A stretch of DNA of 64,000 nucleotides from the human T2T-CHM13v2.0 reference genome, Homo sapiens. Each line of letters opens with the position of its first letter. Positions within the stretch are counted from its first letter, which is position 1. The stretch lies in NCBI RefSeq assembly GCF_009914755.1, contig NC_060936.1. One strand, 5' to 3'. Of the stretch, positions 39,301 to 52,604 are shown piece by piece. The notes beneath the pieces are model-generated. The model saw only the letters and a program-made list of their open reading frames with translations, ran no database searches and was not told where the DNA came from. Position numbers and translations under genes: made by a program.

Positions 39301-40393
39301 GGTTTCCAAACTGCTCCATCAAAAGAAAGGTTAAACTCTGTGAGCTGAACACACACATCAAAAAGAAGTTTCTGTGAATGATTCTGTCTAGATTTTATAA
39401 GAAGATGTTTTCTTTTCTACCGTAGGCCTCAAAGTGCTTGAAATCTCCAGCTGCAAATTCCACAAAAAGGGTGTTTAACATCTGCTCTTCTAAAGGAAAG
39501 TTCAACTCTATGAGTTGAATACACACAGCACAAAGAAGTTACTGAGACTTCTCCTATCAAACATTATATGAAGAAATCCCGTTTCCAACGAAGGCCTCAA
39601 AGAGGTCCAAATATCTGCTTGCCGACTTTACAGACAGACTGTTTCCAAACTGCTCCATCAAAAGAAAGGTTAACCTCCTTGAGTTGAACACACACATCAC
39701 AAAGTAGTTTCTGTGAATGATTCTGTCTAGTTTTTATACGAAGATGTTTCCTTTTCTACCTTTGGTCTCAATGCGATTGAAATCTCCACATGGAAACTCC
39801 ACAAAAAGAGTGTTTCAAATCTGCTCTGTCTAAAGGAAGGTTCAACTCTGTGAGTTGAATACACACACCACAAATAAGTTACTGAGAATTCTTCTGTGTA
39901 ACATTATATGAGGAAATCCCGTTTCCAACGAAGGCCTCAAAGAGGTCCAAATATCCACTTGCAGACTTTACAAAGACAGTGTCTCCAAACTCCTCCATCA
40001 AAAGAAAGGTTATACTCTGTGAATTGAACGCACACATCACAAAGTAGTTTCTGAGAATGATTCTGTCTAGTTTTTATACGAAGATATTTCCTTTTCTACA
40101 TTTGGCCAAAAAGCGCTTGAAATCTCCACCTGCAAATATCACAAAAAGAGGGTTTCACATCTGCTCTGTCTAAAGGACAGTTCACCTCTGTGAGTTGAAT
40201 AGAGGCAACACAAAGAACTTACTCAGTATTCTTCTTTCTAGCGTTATATGAAGAAATCCCGTTTCCAACGAAGGTCTCAAAGAGGTCCAAATATCTCCTT
40301 GCAGACTTTACAGACAGAGTGTTTCCAAACTACTCTATGAAAAGAAAGCTTAAACTCCTTGAGTTGAACGCACACATCACAAAGTAGTTTCTG

Positions 40394-40733
40394 AGAATGA
40401 TTCTGTCTTGTTTTTATACAAAGTTATTTCCGTTTCTATGATTGGCCTCAAAGCGATTGAAATCTCCAACTGGAAACTGCACAAATAGGGTGTTTCAAAT
40501 CTGCTCTGTCTAAAGGACAGTTCACCTCTGTGAGTTGAATAGAGGCAACACAAAGAACTTACTCAGTATTCTTCTTTCTAGCATTATATGAAGAAATCCC
40601 GTTTCCAACGAAGGCCTCAAAGAGGTCCAAATATCTCCTTGCAGACTTTACAGACAGAGTGTTTCCAAACTACTCTATGAAAAGAAAGCTTAAACTCCTT
40701 GAGTTGAACGCACACATCACAAAGTAGTTTCTG
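40394..40733 (-). repeat. Extra A/D hybrid dimer (340 bp), copy 2
   Basis: Same junction at ~40516, exactly 4,416 bp after copy 1. Confidence 0.88.
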
Positions 40734-43451
40734 AGAATGATTCTGTCTTGTTTTTATACAAAGTTATTTCCGTTTCTATGATTGGCCTCAAAGCGATTGA
40801 AATCTCCAACTGGAAACTGCACAAATAGGGTGTTTCAAATCTGCTCTGTCTAAAGGAAGGTTCAACTCTGTGAGTTGAATACACACACCACAAATAAGTT
40901 ACTGAGAATTCTTCTGTCGAACATTACATGAAGAAATCCCGTTTCCAATGAAGGCCTCAAAGAGGTCAAAATATCCACTTGCATTTATTACAAACAGAGG
41001 GTTTCCAAACTGCTCCATCAAAAGAAAGGTTAAACTCTGTGAGCTGAACACACACATCAAAAAGAAGTTTCTGTGAATGATTCTGTCTAGATTTTATAAG
41101 AAGATGTTTCCTTTTCTACCGTAGGCCTCAAAGTGCTTGAAATCTCCAGCTGCAAATTCCACAAAAAGGGTGTTTAACACCTGATCTTCTAAAGGAAAGT
41201 TCAACTCAATGAGTTGAATACACACAGCACAAAGAAGTTACTGAGACCTCTCTTATCAAACATTATATGAAGAAATCCCGTTTCCAACGAAGGCCTCAAA
41301 GAGGTCCAAATATCTGTTTGCAGACTTTGCAGACAGACTGTTTCCAAACTGCTCCATCAAAAGAAAGGTTAACCTCCTTGAGTTGAACACACACATCACA
41401 AAGTAGTTTCTGAGAATGATTCTGTCTAGTTTTTATACGAAGATGTTTCCTTTTCTACCTTTGGTCTCAAAGCGATTGAAATCTCCACATGGAAACTCCA
41501 CAAAAAGAGTGTTTCAAATCTGCTCTGTCTAAAGGAAGGTTCAACTCTGTGAGTTGAATACACACACCACAAATAAGTTACTGAGAATTCTTCTGTGTAA
41601 CATTATATGAGGAAATCCCGTTTCCAACGAAGGCCTCAAAGAGGTCCAAATATCCACTTGCAGACTTTACAAAGACAGTGTCTCCAAACTCCTCCATCAA
41701 AAGAAAGGTTATACTCTGTGAATTGAACGCACACATCACAAAGTAGTTTCTGAGAATGATTCTGTCTAGTTTTTATACGAAGATATTTCCTTTTCTACAT
41801 TTGGCCTAAAAGCGCTTGAAATCTCCACCTGCAAATATCACAAAAAGAGGGTTTCACATCTGCTCTGTCTAAAGGACAGTTCACCTCTGTGAGTTGAATA
41901 GAGGCAACACAAAGAACTTACTCAGTATTCTTCTTTCTAGCATTATATGAAGAAATCCCGTTTCCAACGAAGGCCTCAAAGAGGTCCAAATATCTCCTTG
42001 CAGACTTTACAGACAGAGTGTTTCCAAACTACTCTATGAAAAGAAAGCTTAAACTCCTTGAGTTGAACGCACACATCACAAAGTAGTTTCTGAGAATGAT
42101 TCTGTCTTGTTTTTATACAAAGTTATTTCCGTTTCTATGATTGGCCTCAAAGCGATTGAAATCTCCAACTGGAAAATGCACAAATAGGGTGTTTCAAATC
42201 TGCTCTGTCTAAAGGAAGGTTCAACTCTGTGAGTTGAATACACACACCACAAATAAGTTACTGAGAATTCTTCTGTCGAACATTACATGAAGAAATCCCG
42301 TTTCCAACGAAGGCCTCAAAGAGGTCAAAATATCCACTTGCAGGCATTACAAACAGAGGGTTTCCAAACTGCTCCATCAAAAGAAAGGTTAAACTCTGTG
42401 AGCTGAACACACACATCAAAAAGAAGTTTCTGTGAATGATTCTGTCTAGATTTTATAAGAAGATGTTTTCTTTTCTACCGTAGGCCTCAAAGTGCTTGAA
42501 ATCTCCAGCTGCAAATTCCACAAAAAGGGTGTTTAACATCTGCTCTTCTAAAGGAAAGTTCAACTCTATGAGTTGAATACACACAGCACAAAGAAGTTAC
42601 TGAGACTTCTCCTATCAAACATTATATGAAGAAATCCCGTTTCCAACGAAGGCCTCAAAGAGGTCCAAATATCTGCTTGCCGACTTTACAGACAGACTGT
42701 TTCCAAACTGCTCCATCAAAAGAAAGGTTAACCTCCTTGAGTTGAACACACACATCACAAAGTAGTTTCTGTGAATGATTCTGTCTAGTTTTTATACGAA
42801 GATGTTTCCTTTTCTACCTTTGGTCTCAATGCGATTGAAATCTCCACATGGAAACTCCACAAAAAGAGTGTTTCAAATCTGCTCTGTCTAAAGGAAGGTT
42901 CAACTCTGTGAGTTGAATACACACACCACAATTAAGTTACTGAGAATTCTTCTGTGTAACATTATATGAGGAAATCCCGTTTCCAACGAATGCCTCAAAG
43001 AGGTCCAAATATCCACTTGCAGACTTTACAAAGACAGTGTCTCCAAACTCCTCCATCATAAGAAAGGTTATACTCTGTGAATTGAACGCACACATCACAA
43101 AGTAGTTTCTGAGAATGATTCTGTCTAGTTTTTATACGAAGATATTTCCTTTTCTACATTTGGCCAAAAAGCGCTTGAAATCTCCACCTGCAAATATCAC
43201 AAAAAGAGGGTTTCACATCTGCTCTGTCTAAAGGACAGTTCACCTCTGTGAGTTGAATAGAGGCAACACAAAGAACTTACTCAGTATTCTTCTTTCTAGC
43301 GTTATATGAAGAAATCCCGTTTCCAACGAAGGTCTCAAAGAGGTCCAAATATCTGCTTGCAGACTTTACAGACAGAGTGTTTCCAAACTACTCTATGAAA
43401 AGAAAGCTTAAACTCCTTGAGTTGAACGCACACATCACAAAGTAGTTTCTG

Positions 43452-44466
43452 AGAATGATTCTGTCTTGTTTTTATACAAATGTATTTCCGTTTCTATGGC
43501 CTCAAAGCAATTGAAATCTGCAACTGGAAACTGCACAAATAGGGTGTTTCAAATTTGCTCTGTCTAAAGGAAGGTTCAACTCTGTGAGATGAATACACAC
43601 ACCACAAATAAGTTGCTGAGAATTCTTCTGTCAAACATTACAGGAAGAAATCCCGTTTCCAACGAAGGCCTCAAAGAGGTCCAAATATCCACATGCAGAC
43701 ATTACAAACAGAGTGTTTGCAAACTGCTCCATCAAAAGAAAGGTTAAACTCTGTGAGCTGAACAGACACATCAAAAAGAAGTTTCTGTGAATGATTCTGT
43801 CTAGATTTTATAAGAAGATGTTTCCTTTTCTACCGTAGGCCTCAAAGCGCTTGAAATCTCCAGCTGCAAATTCCACAAAAAGGGTGTTTAACATCTGGTC
43901 TTCTAAAGGAAAGTTCAACTCTATGAGTTGAATACACACAGCACAAAGAAGTTACTGAGACTTCTCCTATCAAACATTATATGAAGCAATCCCGTTTCCA
44001 ACGAAGGCCTCAAAGAGGTCCAAATATCTGCTTGCAGACTTTACAGACAGAGTGTTTCCCAACTGCTCCATCAAAAGAAAGGTTAACCTCCTTGAGTTGA
44101 ACACACACATCACAAAGTAGTTTCTGTGAATGATTCTGTCTAGTTTTTATACGAAGATGTTTCCTTTTCTACCTTTGGCCTAAAAGCGCTTGAAATCTCC
44201 ACCTGCAAATATCACAAAAAGAGGGTTTCACATCTGCTCTGTCTAAAGGACAGTTCACCTCTGTGAGTTGAATAGAGACAACACAAAGAACTTACTCAGT
44301 ATTCTTCTTTCTAGCGTTCTATGAAGAAATCCCGTTTCCAACGAAGGCCTCAAAGAGGTCTAAATATCTGCTTGCAGACTTTACAGACAGAGTGTTTCCA
44401 AACTACTCTATGAAAAGAAAGCTTAAACTCCTTGAGTTAAACGCACACATCACAAAGTAGTTTCTG
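43452..44466 (-). repeat. Variant HOR: 6-mer A - B - C/D hybrid (1,015 bp), copy 1
   Basis: C start (GATGTTTCCTTTTCTACCTTTGG) runs into D (CCTAAAAGCGC) at ~44178. The rest of dimer C is absent. Confidence 0.88.
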
Positions 44467-47180
44467 AGAATGATTCTGTCTAGTTTTTATACGAAGATGT
44501 TTCCTTTTCTACATTTGGTCTCAAAGCGATTGAAATCTCCAACTGGAAACTGCACAAATAGGGTGTTTCAAATCTGCTCTGTCTAAAGGAAGGTTCAACT
44601 CTGTGAGTTGAATACACACACCACAAATAAGTTACTGAGAATTCTTGTGTCGAACATTACATGAAGAAATCCCGTTTCCAACGAAGGCCTCAAAGAGGTC
44701 CAAATATCCACTTGCAGACATTACAAACAGAGTGTTTCCAAACTGCTCAATCAAAAGAAAGTTTAAACTCTGTGAGCTGAACACACACATCAAAAAGAAG
44801 TTTCTGTGAATGATTCTGTCTAGATTTTATAAGAAGATGTTTCCTTTTCTACCGTAGGCCTCAAAGCGCTTGAAATCTCCAGCTGCAAATTCCACAAAAA
44901 GGGTGTTTAACATCTGCTCATCTAAAGAAAAGTTCAACTCTATGAGTTGAATACACACAGCACAAAGAAGTTACTGAGACTTCTCCTATCAAACATTATA
45001 TGAAGAAATCCCGTTTCCAACGAAGGCCTCAAAGAGGTCCAAATATCTGCTTGCCGACTTTACAGACAGAGTGTTTCCAAACTGCTCTATCAAAAGAAAG
45101 GTTAACCTCCTTGAGTTGAACACACACATCACAAAGTAGTTTCTGTGAATGATTCTGTCTAGTTTTTATACGAAGATGTTTCCTTTTCTACCTTTGGTCT
45201 CAATGCGATTGAAATCTCCACATGGAAACTCCACAAAAAGAGTGTTTCAAATCTGCTCTTTCTGAAGGAAGGTTCAACTCTGTGAGTTGAATACACACAC
45301 CACAAATAAGTTACTGAGAATTCTTCTGTGTAACATTATATGAGGAAATCCCGTTTCCAACGAAGGCCTCAAAGAGGTCCAAATATCCACTTGCAGACTT
45401 TACAAAGACAGTGTCTCCAAACTCCTCCATCAAAAGAAAGCTTATACTCTGTGAATTGAACGCACACATCACAAAGTAGTTTCTGAGAATGATTCTGTCT
45501 AGTTTTTATACGAAGATATTTCCTTTTCTACATTTGGCCTAAAAGCGCTTGAAATCTCCACGTGCAAATATCACAAAAAGAGGGTTTCACATCTGCTCTG
45601 TCTAAAGGACAGTTCACCTCTGTGAGTTGAATAGAGGCAACACATAGAACTTACTCAGTATTCTTCTTTCTAGCGTTATATGAAGAAATCCCGTTTCCAA
45701 CGAAGGCCTCAAAGAGGTCCAAATATCTGCTTGCAGACTTTACAGACAGAGTGTTTCCAAACTACTCTATGAAAAGAAAGCTTAAACTCCTTGAGTTGAA
45801 CGCACACATCACAAAGTAGTTTCTGAGAATGATTCTGTCAAGTTTTTATACAAATGTATTTCCTTTTCTATGGCCTCAAAGCAATTGAAATCTCCAACTG
45901 GAAACTGCACAAATAGGGTGTTTCAAATCTGCTCTGTCTAAAGGAAGGTTCAACTCTGTGAGTTGAATACACACACCACAAATAAGTTACTGAGAATTCT
46001 TCTGTCGAACATTACATGAAGAAATCCCGTTTCCAACGAAGGCCTCAAAGAGGTCCAAATATCCACTTGCAGACATTACAAACAGAGTGTTTCCAAACTG
46101 CTCCATCAAAAGAAAGGTTAAACTCTGTGAGCTGAACACACTCATCAAAAAGAAGTTTCTGTGAATGATTCTGTCTAGATTTTATAAGAAGATGTTTCCT
46201 TTTCTACCGTAGGCCTCAAAGCGCTTGAAATCTCCAGCTGCAAATTCCACAAAAAGGGTGTTTAACATCTGCTCTTCTAAAGGAAAGTTCAACTCTATGA
46301 CTTGAATACACACAGCACAAAGAAGTTACTGAGACTTCTCCTATCAAACATTATATGAAGAAATCCCGTTTCCAACGAAGGCCTCAAAGAGGTCCAAATA
46401 TCTGCTTGCAGACTTTACAGACAGAGTTTTTCCAAACTGCTCCATCAAAAGAAAGGTTAAACTCCTTGAGTTGAACACACACATCACAAAGTAGTTTCTG
46501 TGAATGATTCTGTCTAGTTTTCATACGAAGATGTTTCCTTTTCTACCTTTGGTCTCAAAGCGATTGAAATCTCCACGTGGAAACTCCACAAAAATAGAGT
46601 TTCAAATCTGCTCTTTCTGAAGGAAGGTTCAACTCTGTGAGTTGAATACACACACCACAAATAAGTTACTGAGAATTCTTCTGTGTAACATTATATGAGG
46701 AAATCCCGTTTCCAACGAAGGCCTCAAAGAGGTCCATATATCCACTTGCAGACTTTACAAAGACAGGGTCTCCAAACTCCTCCATCAAAAGAAAGGTTAT
46801 ACTCTGTGAATTGAACGCACACATCACAAAGTAGTTTCTGAGAATGATTCTGTCTAGTTTTTATACGAAGATATTTCCTTTTCTACATTTGGCCTATAAG
46901 CGCTTGAAATCTCCACCTGCAAATATCACAAAAAGAGGGTTTCACATCTGCTCTGTCTGAAGGACAGTTCACCTCTGTGAGTTGAATAGAGGCAACACAA
47001 AGAACTTACTCAGTATTCTTCTTTCTAGCGTTATATGAAGAAATGCCGTTTCCAACGAAGGCCTCAAAGAGGTCCAAATATCTGCTTGCAGACTTTACAG
47101 ACAGAGTGTTTCCAAACTACTCTATGAAAAGAAAGCTTAAACTCCTTGAGTTGAACGCACACATCACAAAGTAGTTTCTG

Positions 47181-48195
47181 AGAATGATTCTGTCTTGTTT
47201 TTATACAAATGTATTTCCGTTTCTATGGCCTCAAAGCAATTGAAATCTCCAACTGGAAACTGCCCAAATAGGGTGTTTCAAATCTGCTCTGTCTAAAGGA
47301 AGGTTCAACTCTGTGAGTTGAATACACACACCACAAATAAGTTACTGAGAATTCTTCTGTCGAACATTACATGAAGAAATCCCGTTTCCAACGAAGGCCT
47401 CAAAGAGGTCCAAATATCCACTTGCAGACATTACAAACAGAGTGTTTCCAAACTGCTCCATCAAAAGAAAGGTTAAACTCTGTGAGCTGAACGCACACAT
47501 CAAAAAGAAGTTTCTGTGAATGATTCTGTCTAGATTTTATAAGAAGATGTTTCCTTTTCTACCGTAGGCCTCAAAGCGCTTGAAATCTACAGCTGCAAAT
47601 TCCACAAAAAGGGTGTTTAACATCTGCTCTTCTAAAGGAAAGTTCAACTCTATGAGTTGAATACACACAGCACAAAGAAGTTACTGAGACTTCTCCTATC
47701 AAACATTGTATGAAGCAATCCCGTTTCCAACGAAGGCCTCAAAGAGGTCCAAATATCTGCTTGCAGACTTTACAGACAGAGTGTTTCCCAACTGCTCCAT
47801 CAAAAGAAAGGTTAACCTCCTTGAGTTGAACACACACATCACAAAGTAGTTTCTGTGAATGATTCTGTCTAGTTTTTATACGAAGATGTTTCCTTTTCTA
47901 CCTTTGGCCTAAAAGCGCTTGAAATCTCCACCTGCATATATCACAAAAAGAGGGTTTCACATCTGCTCTGTCTAAAGGACAGTTCACCTCTGTGAGTTGA
48001 ATAGAGACAACACAAAGAACTTACTCAGTATTCTTCTTTCTAGCGTTCTATGAAGAAATCCCGTTTCCAACGAAGGCCTCAAAGAGGTCTAAATATCTGC
48101 TTGCAGACTTTACAGACAGAGTGTTTCCAAACTACTCTATGAAAAGAAAGCTTAAAATCCTTGAGTTAAACGCACACATCACAAAGTAGTTTCTG
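47181..48195 (-). repeat. Variant HOR: 6-mer A - B - C/D hybrid (1,015 bp), copy 2
   Basis: Same CTACCTTTGGCCTAAAAG junction at ~47900, with shared private variants ATAGAGACA and GAGTTAAACG. Confidence 0.88.
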
Positions 48196-50909
48196 AGAAT
48201 GATTCTGTCTAGTTTTTATACGAAGATGTTTCCTTTTCTACATTTGGTCTCAAAGCGATTGAAATCTCCAACTGGAAACTGCACAAATAGGGTGTTTCAA
48301 ATCTGCTCTGTCTAAAGGAAGGTTCAACTCTGTGAGTTGAATACACACACCACAAATATGTTACTGAGAATTCTTGTGTCGAACATTACATGAAGAAATC
48401 CCGTTTCCAACGAAGGCCTCAAAGAGGTCCAAATATCCACTTGCAGACATTACAAACAGAGTGTTTCCAAACTGCTCAATCAAAAGAAAGTTTAAACTCT
48501 GTGAGCTGAACACACACATCAAAAAGAAGTTTCTGTGAATGATTCTGTCTAGATTTTATAAGAAGATGTTTCCTTTTCTACCGTAGGCCTCAAAGCGCTT
48601 GAAATCTCCAGCTGCAAATTCCACAAAAAGGGTGTTTAACATCTGCTCATCTAAAGAAAAGTTCAACTCTATGAGTTGAATACACACAGCACAAAGAAGT
48701 TACTGAGACTTCTCCTATCAAACATTATATGAAGAAATCCCGTTTCCAACGAAGGCCTCAAAGAGGTCCAAATATCTGCTTGCCGACTTTACAGACAGAG
48801 TGTTTCCAAACTGCTCTATCAAAAGAAAGGTTAACCTCCTTGAGTTGAACACACACATCACAAAGTAGTTTCTGTGAATGATTCTGTCTAGTTTTTATAC
48901 GAAGATGTTTCCTTTTCTACCTTTGGTCTCAATGCGATTGAAATCTCCACATGGAAACTCCACAAAAAGAGTGTTTCAAATCTGCTCTTTCTGAAGGAAG
49001 GTTCAACTCTGTGAGTTGAATACACACACCACAAATAAGTTACTGAGAATTCTTCTGTGTAACATTATATGAGGAAATCCCGTTTCCAACGAAGGCCTCA
49101 AAGAGGTCCAAATATCCACTTGCAGACTTTACAAAGACAGTGTCTCCAAACTCCTCCATCAAAAGAAAGCTTATACTCTGTGAATTGAACGCACACATCA
49201 CAAAGTAGTTTCTGAGAATGATTCTGTCTAGTTTTTATACGAAGATATTTCCTTTTCTACATTTGGCCTAAAAGCGCTTGAAATCTCCACGTGCAAATAT
49301 CACAAAAAGAGGGTTTCACATCTGCTCTGTCTAAAGGACAGTTCACCTCTGTGAGTTGAATAGAGGCAACACATAGAACTTACTCAGTATTCTTCTTTCT
49401 AGCGTTATGTGAAGAAATCCCGTTTCCAACGAAGGCCTCAAAGAGGTCCAAATATCTGCTTGCAGACTTTACAGACAGAGTGTTTCCAAACTACTCTATG
49501 AAAAGAAAGCTTAAACTCCTTGAGTTGAACGCACACATCACAAAGTAGTTTCTGAGAATGATTCTGTCAAGTTTTTATACAAATGTATTTCCTTTTCTAT
49601 GGCCTCAAAGCAATTGAAATCTCCAACTGGAAACTGCACAAATAGGGTGTTTCAAATCTGCTCTGTCTAAAGGAAGGTTCAACTCTGTGAGTTGAATACA
49701 CACACCACAAATAAGTTACTGAGAATTCTTCTGTCGAACATTACATGAAGAAATCCCGTTTCCAACGAAGGCCTCAAAGAGGTCCAAATATCCACTTGCA
49801 GACATTACAAACAGAGTGTTTCCAAACTGCTCCATCAAAAGAAAGGTTAAACTCTGTGAGCTGAACACACACATCAAAAAGAAGTTTCTGTGAATGATTC
49901 TGTCTAGATTTTATAAGAAGATGTTTCCTTTTCTACCGTAGGCCTCAAAGCGCTTGAAATCTCCAGCTGCAAATTCCACAAAAAGGGTGTTTAACATCTG
50001 CTCTTCTAAAGGAAAGTTCAACTCTATGAGTTGAATACACACAGCACAAAGAAGTTACTGAGACTTCTCCTATCAAACATTATATGAAGAAATCCCGTTT
50101 CCAACGAAGGCCTCAAAGAGGTCCAAATATCTGCTTGCAGACTTTACAGACAGAGTGTTTCCAAACTGCTCCATCAAAAGAAAGGTTAACCTCCTTGAGT
50201 TGAACACACACATCACAAAGTAGTTTCTGTGAATGATTCTGTCTAGTTTTTATACGAAGATTTTTCCTTTTCTACCTTTGGTCTCAATGCGATTGAAATC
50301 TCCACATGGAAACTCCACAAAAAGAGTGTTTCAAATCTGCTCTGTCTAAAGGAAGGATCAACTCTGTGAGTTGAATACACACACCACAATTAAGTTACTG
50401 AGAATTCTTCTGTGTAACATTATATGAGGAAATCCCGTTTCCAACGAAGGCCTCAAAGAGGTCCAAATATCCACTTGCAGACTTTACAAAGACAGTGTCT
50501 CCAAACTCCGCCATCAAAAGAAAGGTTATACTCTGTGAATTGAACGCACACATCACAAAGTAGTTTCTGAGAATGATTCTGTCTAGTTTTTATACGAAGA
50601 TATTTCCTTTTCTACATTTGGCCAAAAAGCGCTTGAAATCTCCACCTGCAAATATCACAAAAAGAGGGTTTCACATCTGCTCTGTCTAAAGGACAGTTCA
50701 CCTCTGTGAGTTGAATAGAGGCAACACAAAGAACTTACTCAGTATTCTTCTTTCTAGCTTTCTATGAAGAAATCCCGTTTCCAAAGAAGGCCTCAAAGAG
50801 GTCCAAATATCTGCTTGCAGACTTTACAGACAGAGTGTTTCCAAACTACTCTATGAAAAGAAAGCTTAAACTCCTTAAGTTGAACGCACACATCACAAAG
50901 TAGTTTCTG

Positions 50910-51589
50910 AGAATGATTCTGTCTTGTTTTTATACAAATGTATTTCCGTTTCTATGATTGGCCTCAAAGCGATTGAATTCTCCAACTGGAAACTGCACAA
51001 ATAGGGTGTTTCAAATATGCTCTGTCTAAAGTAAGTTTCAACTCTGTGAGTTGAATACACACACCACAAATAAGTTACTGAGAATTCTTCTGTGTAACAT
51101 TATATGAGGAAATCCCGTTTCCAACGAAGGCCTCAAAGAGGTCCATATATCCACTTGCAGACTTTACAAAGACAGGGTCTCCAAACTCCTCCATCAAAAG
51201 AAAGGTTATACTCTGTGAATTGAACGCACACATCACAAAGTAGTTTCTGAGAATGATTCTGTCTAGTTTTTATACGAAGATATTTCCTTTTCTACATTTG
51301 GCCTATAAGCGCTTGAAATCTCCACCTGCAAATATCACGAAAAGAGGGTTTCACATCTGCTCTGTCTGAAGGACAGTTCACCTCTGTGAGTTGAATAGAG
51401 GCAACACAAAGAACTTACTCAGTATTCTTCTTTCTAGCGTTATATGAAGAAATGCCGTTTCCAACGAAGGCCTCAAAGAGGTCCAAATATCTGCTTGCAG
51501 ACTTTACAGACAGAGTGTTTCCAATCTACTCTATGAAAAGAAAGCTTAAACTCCTTGAGTTGAACGCACACATCACAAAGTAGTTTCTG
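50910..51589 (-). repeat. Variant HOR: 4-mer A/C hybrid - D (680 bp)
   Basis: An A-type first part is followed by C-type TGTGTAACATTATATGAGG (~51091) and GACAGGGTCTCC. D starts at 51250 and the next A at 51590. Confidence 0.87.
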
Positions 51590-52604
51590 AGAATGATTCT
51601 GTCTTGTTTTTATACAAATGAATTTCGGTTTCTATGGCCTCAAAGCAATTGAAATCTCCAACTGGAAACTGCCCAAATAGGGTGTTTCAAATCTGCTCTG
51701 TCTAAAGGAAGGTTCAACTCTGTGAGTTGAATACACACACCACAAATAAGTTACTGAGAATTCTTCTGTCGAACATTACATGAAGAAATCCCGTTTCCAA
51801 TGAAGGCCTCAAAGAGGTCCAAATATCCACTTGCAGACATTACAAACAGAGTGTTTCCAAACTGCTCCATCAAAAGAAAGGTTAAACTCTGTGAGCTGAA
51901 CACACACATCAAAAAGAAGTTTCTGTGAATGATTCTGTCTAGATTTTATAAGAAGATGTTTCCTTTTCTACCGTAGGCCTCAAAGCGCTTGAAATCTCCA
52001 GCTGCAAATTCCACAAAAAGGGTGTTTAACATCTGCTCTTCTAAAGGAAAGTTCAACTCTATGAGTTGAATACACACAGCACAAAGAAGTTACTGAGACT
52101 TCTCCTATCAAACATTATATGAAGCAATCCCGTTTCCAACGAAGGCCTCAAAGAGGTCCAAATATCTGCTTGCAGACTTTACAGACAGAGTGTTTCCCAA
52201 CTGCTCCATCAAAAGAAAGGTTAACCTCCTTGAGTTGAACACACACATCACAAAGTAGTTTCTGTGAATGATTCTGTCTAGTTTTTATACGAAGATGTTT
52301 CCTTTTCTACCTTTGGCCTAAAAGCGCTTGAAATCTCCACCTGCAAATATCACAAAAAGAGGGTTTCACATCTGCTCTGTCTAAAGGACAGTTCACCTCT
52401 GTGAGTTGAATAGAGACAACACAAAGAACTTACTCAGTATTCTTCTTTCTAGCGTTCTATGAAGAAATCCCGTTTCCAACGAAGGCCTCAAAGAGGTCTA
52501 TATATCTGCTTGCAGACTTTACAGACAGAGTGTTTCCAAACTACTCTATGAAAAGAAAGCTTAAACTCCTTGAGTTAAACGCACACATCACAAAGTAGTT
52601 TCTG
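51590..52604 (-). repeat. Variant HOR: 6-mer A - B - C/D hybrid (1,015 bp), copy 3
   Basis: Same junction at ~52310 and the same private variants. Confidence 0.88.
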
